A stretch of 63,244 bases of DNA, the filler included, from Sphacelaria rigidula (taxonomy: Eukaryota), in the NCBI GenBank assembly GCA_964200075.2. It is 10 parts of 10 records of this genome, joined end to end, with 100 filler letters (N's around TTAATTAATTAA, not from the genome) between each part and the next. Parts side by side here need not be neighbours in the genome. Positions count along the whole stretch, not along the records: positions 19,006 to 25,240 come from CAXNAA020021331.1; positions 25,341 to 31,574 come from CAXNAA020021332.1; positions 31,675 to 37,908 come from CAXNAA020021333.1; 7 more parts are not named here. One strand, given 5' to 3'. A program made the translations under genes and the position numbers. Below the pieces are notes generated by a model that was not told the origin of the DNA, made no database searches, and saw only the letters and a program-made list of their open reading frames with translations. This document shows positions 24,890 to 35,259 of this stretch, piece after piece; the stretch's first letter is position 1; the number at the start of each line of letters is the position of its first letter.

Positions 24890-25085
24890 GTATGTGTGTG
24901 TGCAGTCATGTCATCAATTCTACACGCCAGTTCACACCTTTCGGTATTTCGCGCACGAACCAGCCGGGTTCGCACGGAAGGTCAACACAGCATTTGTTGT
25001 TCCATCCTTATTTCCTTAGCACTTCGCCTTCCTCCTGCGGTGCTTGCCTTGTTGTTGTTTTTTCTCGTCGCGAGGAGGGTTCAGG
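24890..25085 (-). repeat. Abundant SINE/LINE-tail-like repeat ending in (CA)n
   Basis: ACACCTTTCGGTAT..ACCAGCCGGG..GGAAGGTCAACACAG shared with 44170-44242 and 50441-50576. Confidence 0.7.
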
Positions 25086-25240
25086 GGAGGAAACTAAACA
25101 GAAATACGAGGAGACAATCTACAATACATGCAGATGCACAGTGACGAAAGCCGAGTGACGTGGAGAAACTACGAACTCCCAAGCTTGGGATCGTTTTCGT
25201 CAATGTAGCCCGTATGAGACACCTTCTTTCAGTCTCAAAC

Positions 25241-25340
25241 NNNNNNNNNNNNNNNNNNNNNNNNNNNNNNNNNNNNNNNNNNNNTTAATTAATTAANNNN
25301 NNNNNNNNNNNNNNNNNNNNNNNNNNNNNNNNNNNNNNNN
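25241..25340. other. Artificial contig spacer
   Basis: N44-TTAATTAATTAA-N44. Confidence 0.99.
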
Positions 25341-25585
25341 TGCCGATCGTGGGTGAGAGGTGGTGGCTTGGGTGTTGTGGGGGGGGGGGGGGGGGAGGGG
25401 TATTTCGGGCCATTTCTTCCATGAAATTCCAGCCTCAAATCGTCGTTGAAAGCAGCAACGACTGTTCGAACGCGCTGCTTTACTGAGTAGCGCTCATTCA
25501 CAGTCTTTGGCACCGTGTTTACCCAAATACAAGTGTATTGCGAGTGTGTTTTCGTCGAATTAACCGTACCCCCGCCCCTCCCCTC

Positions 25586-26117
25586 CATGTTGAGAGAAGG
25601 GCTAGGAAATGAAAACATACCTGCATGGGCCAATAGACTCCGCGCAAAAAAAAAAAAAGGAAACTGCGATTTCGGGTTGGGGGCCTGGACCTGCCAGAAA
25701 GAAACAAGAGATATACCAGTAGTTGGATGGAGGAGGAAGTAGATGCCAAGAAATGCCCCTGTGGCAAAGCAACAGAGAGTAGAACTCATCTAGTGGCAAA
25801 ATGTGAACTTTACAAGAAGGAACGGAATATGCTAGAGGGGGAAAATGTGGGAAGTAAACGAAGGTGGCATGGAATTGTTTGATGCACTAGACTTTGGGGA
25901 GAAAACGATTGCTATACAAGGAGATGGATGGTGGCCACAGATGGTGAAACATGATGGGGATAGGGTATGTAAAAGGTTTCTGTGTAGTGTATGGAAGAAA
26001 CGCAATGGGTGCCCAAATGTTGGAGGTGTCTCCATTGGGAGTAGGAACGGTGCTCCGTCCCGAAAGGGGTGCGTGGTCAATGGTCAAACGACTAAGGCGA
26101 GCAACAAATGAATACGC
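25586..26117 (+). mobile_element. 5'-truncated RTEX-like LINE (ORF2 C-terminal CCHC zinc knuckle)
   Basis: RFRVGGLDLPER..CPCGKATESRTHLVAKCELY, then a frameshift to MWEVNEGG..KASNK*; TSD CCCCTCCCCTC at 25575-25585 and 26118-26128. Confidence 0.85.
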
Positions 26118-26169
26118 CCCCTCCCCTCTACCCCCCTCAACCCTCTCGTTATCTCACCCGCACTGGCAG

Positions 26170-26316
26170 GAAAATGAGGCACGGCGAAAGCGCCAGAAGA
26201 AGGACGCGAAACGACAAAAACAAAAGAAGCAAGAGGAGGAGGAGCAAGTGGATTTCGAAGATCCTGAAATGGCGGCTATGATGGGCTTTGGGGGGTTCGG
26301 GAGCAGCAAGAAATAG
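26170..26316 (+). CDS. ZMAT2: Last exon of ZMAT2/Snu23 (spliceosomal B-complex protein)
   Basis: GCAG| acceptor; ENEARRKRQKK..EDPEMAAMMGFGGFGSSKK* matches the conserved ZMAT2/Snu23 C-terminus. Confidence 0.8.
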   Translation, partial: ENEARRKRQKKDAKRQKQKKQEEEEQVDFEDPEMAAMMGFGGFGSSKK

Positions 26317-26949
26317 TAATGTATCGTACTGTTGTTGTGATGTTTTCTGGTCCCCGAGTGTATATACATGCATCAAGTTTTGACTCTTGGATTACAGCCG
26401 GTAGCTTATGCCGCGCACATCGCAAGGATCGGCGAACATGAGATAGCTGCAGGGTACGACGTCAAGATAGTTGGACACTCGTGGTATGCTACTACAGTAG
26501 TGCGAAGGTCATACGACCCAGGGTTATCTTGGATCTTGGCATTTTTTTCTAAGGTTCAGCAGTTGACAACGATTATTGCGGGTTGCGCTTGGCCATGTGA
26601 TACATGTGGAGACGTGCGACTATTTTTCGTTCTTGCTTGGTGTGTCTTTCGTTCAGAATTTTCATCCATTGCTTGCGTTTCTGGTCTCGGTGCGTTGAGT
26701 ATGGTTGGTATATTCGTATCCTGGCAAAATACCTCGTCTCTAGTGTCGTGAAGAAATAAACAAGAAGTACGACCGTACTACCCACACAGGTGCACTCTTT
26801 TCAAGGAGAACAAAAGCTCGGAACTGCCCAGGGTTTTGTCTTCGGGGCTGCTGCTGCTGCTGATATTACCTATAAGGTGCTAGCCAATCACTTACGAGGT
26901 GCTAGCCACATCTCGCGCGAAGGAGAGATGCGCTCAAAAGAAAAGCACA

Positions 26950-27304
26950 CACACCCGGCCATTTGGCTACCCCCCAAAATGCCTCGGGAGGGATGCGCGG
27001 CCCTCCAGAGGTGGGACAACCCTCCGGAGGCCTTCAATCCCTCTGGAGGAAACTGAACACTACCGCCCAGGAAGGCCGCACACCCCTCCGGAGGACTTTG
27101 GGGGTAGCAAAATGCCTCGAGAGGGATGCGTAGCCCGCCAGAGGCAAAAACAAGCCTCCGGAGGCGTTTAATCACTCTTGAGGAAACCAAAAAATAGTCC
27201 TGGAGGGCCGCGCATCCGTCCAAGGGCGTTTAATTCCTCTGGAGGCTTGAAGAGTTGACTGCCCTGGAGGAATCTTGGGGGTGGTAGCCAAATGGCCGCG
27301 TGTG
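26950..27304. mobile_element. MITE with CAC termini and internal CCTCCGGAGG repeats (EnSpm-like)
   Basis: CACACCCGGCCATTTGGCTACC / GGTAGCCAAATGGCCGCGTGTG; possible 2-bp TSD CA. Confidence 0.65.
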
Positions 27305-29381
27305 CATGCTCCCAAGGGCTTCTTTTTGTTTCCGAGATTTCGAGCGCACCGTGCCTTTTGCGATACCCATCACCTTGCTGAAAGGAAGCAAGCCCTCCAA
27401 AAGGGTGCTTATGAGGTCACTACCAACCGTTTCATCGATATTGTACATGAAAGATAACTGGGTTTTGACCAGACGGAAAACGGTATATCTTACCGTTCTT
27501 GACCACTCTGAAGCGTAGTGGAAAGCGTTTTTTCTCGCGGTGCAAAAGACGATGTACAACAATGTTTTCGTGGAGGATACGATTGAGAGTGAGGAGCTCT
27601 CAAATGATGAATGATGAATGATTTCAATTCCGAAATAACCCTCCACGAGGCCCGGTACGAGTAGACTTTCTGTAGTAGCTTGCCACTGAAGCCCTTGGTA
27701 TCCGTGAGAAGGGTATCGACGTGTAGCTGAAAGCATACGCCAGTGAGGCAAAGAAACGCACGCACCGAATGAAAAATTGGTCAAGTCAAAGCGGATGATA
27801 AAACCAGGTCTCAATCCGCGCTCTACTCTAAATCTCACGCAAACATCGTTGTACGAGGACTTAACGCCATTTCCTTCGCTTTCGCTGAGAAACACTCAGC
27901 GCTGCCCTACAGTGAATATACAATCCAGCACACCATGTACAAAAGCCACGTGGGTATTTCCCGTGGAAAAATCGCCAATCGCTGTACCCTGGCGTGACCA
28001 AAACGACAGGATACAGACAACGTACCTTTCCCAGGTCGTTCTCCCCTCGTAAATGTTTTAACATTTCTTCCAAAGAATGCAAGTACCAGAACATCAGCCA
28101 AGGTCATGGGCGAACGCATCGTGCAACAAATCAGCAAATGACTGGAATTCGAAAAAACCCGACAGATTTGCTGTACTACCAAAACTACGGCTGCCTCACC
28201 AGCTAAGTACTTCCCACCTGAGAGTGGTATACACCGTACATGTGTATTTTTGGTCATTTTCCAGAATGTAACGGTAAAATTCAAATCTAGCAGCGAGACA
28301 ATCCTAGAGCCTCGCGAAGCGTCTTCAGCATAGGGACTGAGGCTGCGCGCTCCCCCTGTAGTTTAACCTGAAGAGGTAAACCACGCAAGCAAAACAGCCT
28401 CTCACAGAGCTTTTATTCTCGATCTTTTCAAGAAGCCACTTGAGCAACATCATGTTCGGGGAGTCGCGGCATGTGGCGCGGTTCAACTCTCATCAAGGTC
28501 AGTTTGAGAAGAAGAGGGCCAAGGAGAGGCAATGGGAGCAGTCGGTCGACCGGATTGCTGCCACCGACAAGGTTTGGGTGTGAATTTGTGAATGAGCTTG
28601 CATCCATCGTATGGCCATCATGTCTTAGTTGAATGTACGTGCGGCACTAGCAGTAGCGAGTAGGTCAACAGAAGATTGCATCCGTACGTTCAGTACTGCA
28701 CAGTACAGGTGCAGAATTGGTTCAAGTGTGATCGGTTGCAGTCGTCAGATGACGACGAACCGGTCGCTACGGCATCTTCTTATCTGTGATCATACAGCCC
28801 AGCTCTCAGTAGAATTCAGGTATGTGATGCAGGCCTGGTGAGGTTGTAGTGCATACGGTACGTTAGTGTACTGCCCTGTGTCTGTTGCTTTGGATTGCGC
28901 TGGCGCTACGATGTTCAACGCGTGGTCGTCTAGGAAGATTGCGGGATAATTACTGTTTGGTAGCGTACTCGTGGTACGCTATCCCGTTGGTGACGATTCA
29001 GGGATCATGCGGTGGGACACGGCAATTTCGCGCTGTTGTACTATATTATGGGGCGAGCTGTTTACAGGGGTCGAAAGACTCTTAATCCCTTACAACCCTT
29101 ACATGCTTCCAGAAAAGATAGCTTCTTCGCACTTGTCCGCGAAAAAGTTTCACATCACCACCCCTTCAGCTGTTTCCAAGTGCCAGGTTTCCTGCTCGTC
29201 GTTTCTGCCCAGTTAGGGGGGTGTCATCGATATCAGCGGGATTCCCCCCCCCCAACTTTTCCGAATTTTCCGTAGAAATTGGAGTTCTTGTCCGACTTCT
29301 CGAATTAAAACTACAAAAAAATGAGGCTAGGTTTTCAAAGCAATGTGTAGTTAGGCTGCAATTGATCTATGACGTACATGA

Positions 29382-29636
29382 GAGTGATGCTACGGTAGGG
29401 GTGCACAAAATGTTTCTGAGGGTAGAATTGTTGGAAGGTCTTGATCTCATGCAAAACACCACTTATGAACGTATGTAAAAGTACGCCAGGATTCCTACTC
29501 CAACGTGCTGGGGATATCCCGAATCAATTTACAAACGGAGATGCCCTGACCCATATTCTTGCGCATCTAGAATCGTTAGGAGCCCCTGAACTAGACAATA
29601 TTTCGCGAAAAAGTGTACCCCTACCGTCGCATGCTC
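29382..29636 (+). mobile_element. Sola-like MITE family A (255 bp)
   Basis: GAGTGATGCTACGGTAGGGG / CCCCTACCGTCGCATGCTC; flanks ATGA / ATAA. Confidence 0.8.
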
Positions 29637-31069
29637 ATAACCTGGAAACGCTATCACATTTCTCGGAGAGGATTTTCTTTTCTTCGAAGTCGGAGGTTTC
29701 GCCCGCGAAAAAGGCTTCGTTGATTATACTCCTTACCGGACAAGATCCTGGCAGCGTCGTTTCCGGTCACCCCGCGGGGTTCACCTGGCACGCTCCTGTT
29801 ATTAACACCCTGCAGGGATGCAGGGTTCATGGGAACCGTTTGTGGCGGTGGTTCGTTTGACAACCTACATGGTATGCGCTGAGGACAGGACACAAGACAG
29901 GACTGCTGTGCGTAATGCATTCCTGGTGGGAGCGTGATTTGCACGCGCTACCGCCTTTCTGTACTCCACATCTTGACTCCGACATGGAGTGCCATTGATA
30001 ACTAGCACGGCCGTGTCCGTATCGTATAGTACCCGTGCTCAGTGCAAATATTGCTGACAACAAAAGGGAACGAACGATGTGGTTTCCTGTCGCGATTTTG
30101 ATGGGACAGGTGTCTGCTGGTGTGTGTATCCGACGCCACTAAACACCTTCGCGTCAAGATCGTTGATGAACGTTAGTTGGACCGGCTTTGGAAGGTTTGA
30201 AAGAAAAACATTTTTCTGGACTAAGCCCCGTTGGCAATAACTTGTTATTCTTGCGAAACAAACCCCTGTGCGTCAGCACCACGTCGGACTGGCATCCATT
30301 TGCGTCCGCAATGAATCATTCTCCAGTGTTGTCAGCACGCACGCCAACACTCCGCGCAATCAGCACGCAAGCGTCCGAAGGGTGCACGTGTATCTACGCA
30401 TCTACATGCCTTTCAGATTTATTTGACCCGCATAGATTTATGCCTGCGACTGCGAGTCGTGCCATCACCACTTGAAACAACTCGGCACTCGAGAACTTGA
30501 TCCTCAAGAAAAACAAATCCAAACATGACAGCTTGTGCACGAATTATGACGCCGGTAAAGACCCCCCTACACGCTTCATCCAATGTATAGTCGCTGTTGG
30601 TTGCCCCGCACAGAGGAATTAAGACGAGCCCCGTGAAAAATGAGCATTTCGTAAGTGGTGGCGCCACCTGTATTTTGATTATGGATCATGACACCACACT
30701 TGACCCTTGAGGCAATTGAGTTCCCGAGTCTAATTTTTCTCTTTGTGCAGAATGCATATTTGATAACCTGCGAGACACCCAGATAGCTGCACGCTCATAA
30801 CACTTCGGAGGAGTCTCCCATCTTCGTATAATTATCGTGATGAAGACGTTCACGAGGCCCTTCAGGCCATGTCTTGATCCAATATATGCCAGAACGGTTA
30901 CGGAACCGAGTCATGTCGTTTTCGTTCTCGGGCAGATCCCCAGAGTCCGCAGAGAAAACGAGCGAAGAAACGACCGATGACTTTTACCAAACACGCTACT
31001 TCAACACCAAATTTGCGTTACCGTACACAGGAGACGTTCCATGTAAAGGTGGAGGTGATCTCCTGAAGT

Positions 31070-31168
31070 TGTGACGATTTATAAGCAACCGATTAGACTA
31101 CGATTAGACTACCGTACACTCAGCGCTGACTATACGGTGGTCTAATCGATTGCCTATAAATCGTCACA
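31070..31168. mobile_element. 99-bp TGT..ACA palindromic MITE with 5-bp TSD (Ginger-like)
   Basis: TGTGACGATTTATA / TATAAATCGTCACA; TSD GAAGT at 31065-31069 and 31169-31173. Confidence 0.8.
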
Positions 31169-31203
31169 GAAGTTAGTCGTGCGGGTTCGATCTCCGTCAC
31201 TTT

Positions 31204-31245
31204 CACTCCGAGGAGGGCACTCCGAGAAGGGCACTCCGAGGAGGG
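31204..31245 (+). repeat. 14-bp tandem repeat x3
   Basis: CACTCCGAG(G/A)AGGG. Confidence 0.9.
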
Positions 31246-31499
31246 CGACTCCCCTTGCCAGCGCTGTACAACTGTTCGCGCTCACGGTATCGGTCTAATG
31301 CTGCCACACGTATCCATTCGGGTTTACTCGTCGCCCCCACTCATTTCCAGAGTGTGTGCACCAGGGTCCCTAGCAGTCAACTCGGGGATTGGATTCTCCC
31401 CCATCACCCTCTTTTTTTACCGGAGGTAGGGTTTTCCTCTTTTTCTTCAAAGAAAGTGCGTCCGACGGAAATCAAACCAGCGACTAACTTTCGCGACGA

Positions 31500-31527
31500 T
31501 TTATTATTATTATTATTATCATTATTA

Positions 31528-31568
<41 letters not shown>
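31500..31568 (+). repeat. (TTA)n microsatellite
   Basis: Read directly; the contig ends here. Confidence 0.95.
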
Positions 31569-31571
<3 letters not shown>

Positions 31572-31574
31572 ATC

Positions 31575-31674
31575 NNNNNNNNNNNNNNNNNNNNNNNNNN
31601 NNNNNNNNNNNNNNNNNNTTAATTAATTAANNNNNNNNNNNNNNNNNNNNNNNNNNNNNNNNNNNNNNNNNNNN
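31575..31674. other. Artificial contig spacer
   Basis: N44-TTAATTAATTAA-N44. Confidence 0.99.
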
Positions 31675-31889
31675 GGGAGCGGTGGATTCTCATTTCAAAA
31701 TAGGTTCTCATTTTTCTGGCAACCCTGTTGAATAACAGAATATATGGACGAAACTCCAACCAATAAAAAAATTCGAAATAAAATCGCGGAGCACGTCCTG
31801 CAAATAATGCCGGTACGCGGGTGGTCTTTTCCGATGTCAAATTATGTACGGTATCAGAACCACTCTCGCAGGGGTAAGGAGATATGATT

Positions 31890-34058
31890 GTACAGTACAT
31901 GAGCGTCCACACATATATCGATGTCACGAGTTACTTTGGACATCGAAGGGTCAGTGTGTAGGTGGAAGTATCTCATTGATGGCCACTTTTGGTACTTAAT
32001 TACGATTGTTTAACAGGATCGCCGTACACTGCAAGAGCTCTTGCCTGTTCACGAGACAACAGCAGGCAGAGGCCTTCAGTGCTGCGTAGACGAGCCTGCT
32101 CGTCTACACCACCACTCCCCGCTCCTTGGGCAACTTCAAAGGGGCCCCGACAGACGGCGGTCGCGTGTTTGCCATCGTTGGCATAACATCGCCGCGGTCG
32201 TTCGAGATCCGGCCTGCGGGGCCAGACCAGGTCAGCGTTGGTATGAAGCAGTACATGCACACGCCTAACTTCACCGGGATGACGGTTCCCGGTGTCTTCG
32301 AAGGCCTCCCGCACTTACTTTTCCGAGCGGGTGTCCCAGATGTGGAGTTAGCGCCTCCCTTCAACCTGAAGGTCGTCGATGCAGTCGCGCGGGCATGCGT
32401 TCTGGCTCGCTACAATGCCGTGCACTGTCGCCTGGTGTCCCTCTACCCCCTAGGTGCGCGTACACCGGAGATTCCCCGTCTTTATATTGTGCCGCACAAA
32501 CTATCCTCGTGTGGTCGCGCGTGCACGGTTTTGACAATCGCGTCCCACCTTGTTATAATTGTTCCACTTGACGCATCCCCGACTTTAGTAACCGGTGTTG
32601 ATTTAGTCCTTGGTCGGTGGTCTCACGATGTGCTCGGACCCTAAGTCTGTACCCGCTGTACGGCAGTATGTCAAAAGGGTGTAATATTTTATAGGCCCGT
32701 TATTCTCTGCCCTCTCAGCACATAATATTTGTTTTTGTCAAAAAAAGAGCGCTTAGAGATGGAGCACATCCCTAACGCAAGGTAGACAGCCAGGCCTCGG
32801 GCAACCAAAGCATCTAAGAGTACAATACAGGGATAGAGAAAGTGGGCTTTGTTTTGACTCAAAATGGCGTCTCTGCGTTACCCCGGGGTACCCAAGTTGC
32901 AGTTGAGGGCCTATTTGCGGAGGGTTCAGTACTGACAGTTTCATTTGCAGATAGGGCGGTCAGGGTAGACCTGCCGTCCTCTGTTCACAGAGTTTGTTTT
33001 TGTTTTTGTTGACTACGTACGAGTGTGTACTTCTGCGCGCATCGTGTTACGGAAGAGGCAGGCCGCAAAGGCCGGCAACCTCTATTCCAGTTTGGTATTT
33101 ATATTTTTCCTGCTTTATGTAGTCCTGAGTTTGTTACCAACCGTTTTTTCAACAGTTTGTATGTGATTGTCCTTCACTTTTATCTAACGAGTGTTCCCGT
33201 TCCGGTTGTCGATAATGTTACTACGGCTCGATTCCTGGGGGATCATTTGCTGCGCGGCGATCAATTAATCAATCATCTTGCCGAATCTAAACCACGAGGA
33301 GGTCGTACACGGGCCCCCTCTGATCCCATTTTGGCTGACGCGTGCTCGCAGATTTGAAGAGGCAGGAAACAAGCAAAAACGGAATGGCTACCTCCCAAAG
33401 ACTACTCGGCGCAAAGGGCTCCGTGCCTTGGAATCTTCCTTGCCACTGGCTGCGGCGCAACGACGTGCAGCCAGCCCTAGGGGCGGCGAAAGAGGACACG
33501 GGGACAGCTGAATGTAGTCTCGGCGATGGGTCGGGTAGGGAGCTGGACACTTCTGTTCATGACACGTCAGGAGGTGTCGTTCAGCACTCCGGGGTGTGGG
33601 GGCAGGGTGGGGCGGGAACTAGCGGTGGCGCCGCCCGTGGTGAGCAACCCGACATTCCCTCATTCGTTAAGGGAGACTTCGTTTTCTTCCTCGCCGACGA
33701 AGCCCCGTTTTTGGTGGGCAAGGTGATCGACGTACGGGAGACTGTCGGCAGTGAGGCCGACGTTCGGGTGTGCTGGTGGTCACCGGTGACCTCCAAAGCT
33801 CGCAGCGGCGCGGCTGATTGCAGTATCAGAGAATACGGGAAGGGTAAGCTCACCGAAGATTACAGAACCACAGAGAGTTGTGACGGGGCTGGGGTCGACA
33901 CCACCACCAGGAAGCGCAAGTTAGCCCCGGATGTGGAGTAGATGGCATCAGATTTGGTCACGGCTTCATGTCGAAGACTTGATTCCGGGGTCAAGATTCC
34001 AAAGGGAGTATTGGATGAAATCATTGACGCAAAGTCACAACGAGAGAAGAGTAAGTAA
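31890..34058 (+). pseudogene. Decayed intron-containing DDE transposase, Sola/DUF7869-like
   Basis: VQYMSVHTYIDV resembles the VGHTHxDID motif; RIAVHCK..AEAFSAA*..LGNFK..GITSPRSF..VGMKQYM; C-terminal GDFVFFLADEAPFLVGKV..VRVCWW; in-frame stops (e.g. 33939). Confidence 0.4.
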
Positions 34059-34999
34059 TTGTAAAGGACAGCGTTCTGGACGTCCAGTTTTGGTCAGTGA
34101 AGCAGGGCAAGAGGTTCAGACGCCGCGCATAGTGGCTTCTGTGGACAGTAACACCGTACCTTTGATCAACCGCAATGCAGCGCCGAGAGGATTGACCGTG
34201 GCGTGCGTCGCGCGCTCGTGACCGATACAGATGGAGACGAGATTTCCGTCGGCTTGTAAATTTGAACTCTTGTAAATTTCACACCACCCCTTGCTCGACC
34301 GTCCAAATGAGGGCGAGTGAGCGTATGTTGGTTTAGGCAGAGTTGTGTGCAGCGCCATGGAAGAAGAGGGGAGTCTTGGTGAAGGGTGCCGGGTAAGACG
34401 GTTGCGATAGTAATCACCCTCTCATGATCTGCCGACAGGAATCATGTCTTACAACCGACTGGGGAACACCGAAAAGATATCACACCTGCGGATGCGAGGA
34501 TCCTGGGGTTAGGTTGGGGTAGGGAGTTTGGGGGGGGGGGTTATCGTCCTGTCGCGTTGAGCGTAGTGTCGTTCCGGGGGTACCCGTTGATGAGAATAGA
34601 CGGCGTCAACGCTTGTCGCTCGCAACCGATGGAAGCACTGCGCGTGGCACACCTGCTCGCGTTCTCGAATTCGATGGAACACAATGCACCATTCTTTGCG
34701 CCAGAGGGAAGAGTTCGAAGGGGAGTATCCTAGTCGTTTCCGTGCCGGAATCTCGTGGGCAATGGCCTATCCATGTTGCGTTGAAACCAACTTTTTGATT
34801 TAGGGGGGAAACTCAAACCCGCAGCGGATCGATACCAAGACATGAACGGTGCCCGTCTTAGTCGTGCCTCCCCCCCCCCCCACCCTGTCGGGCATGATCG
34901 AGTTGTTGTTCCTCGCGCTGGCGCAGCCCGAGGGGGCTGTTTAGCGCAGGACATGGGATCCGTGCGCTGCCACATTTTTCCCTGTGCTGTAGAGTAACA

Positions 35000-35256
35000 G
35001 AGTGATGCTGCGATAGGGCAGCACTTTTACGGCCCGAGAGTAGAATTGTTAGGAACCCTTTATCTCATCCTAAACACGACTTTCGAAATAGATGAGAGTA
35101 CGCCAGGCTTTTTCTTCCTATTTGCTAGGGATATCCCGAATGAATTTGCAAACGGGGATATCCTGACTCATATTCTTGTGTAATTCCTAATTTTAGGAAC
35201 CCCTGAATCAGGCCGGTTTTGGCCCCAAACGTGCAGACCCTATCGCAGCATCACTC
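35000..35256 (+). mobile_element. Sola-like MITE family A (257 bp)
   Basis: Perfect 19-bp TIR GAGTGATGCTGCGATAGGG; TSD AACA at 34996-34999 and 35257-35260. Confidence 0.9.
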
Positions 35257-35259
35257 AAC

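Noticed and set aside
25951..26316. 121-aa ORF as a LINE-ZMAT2 fusion protein
   Set aside because: Chance read-through of an intronic LINE frame into the exon; a good acceptor lies at 26169
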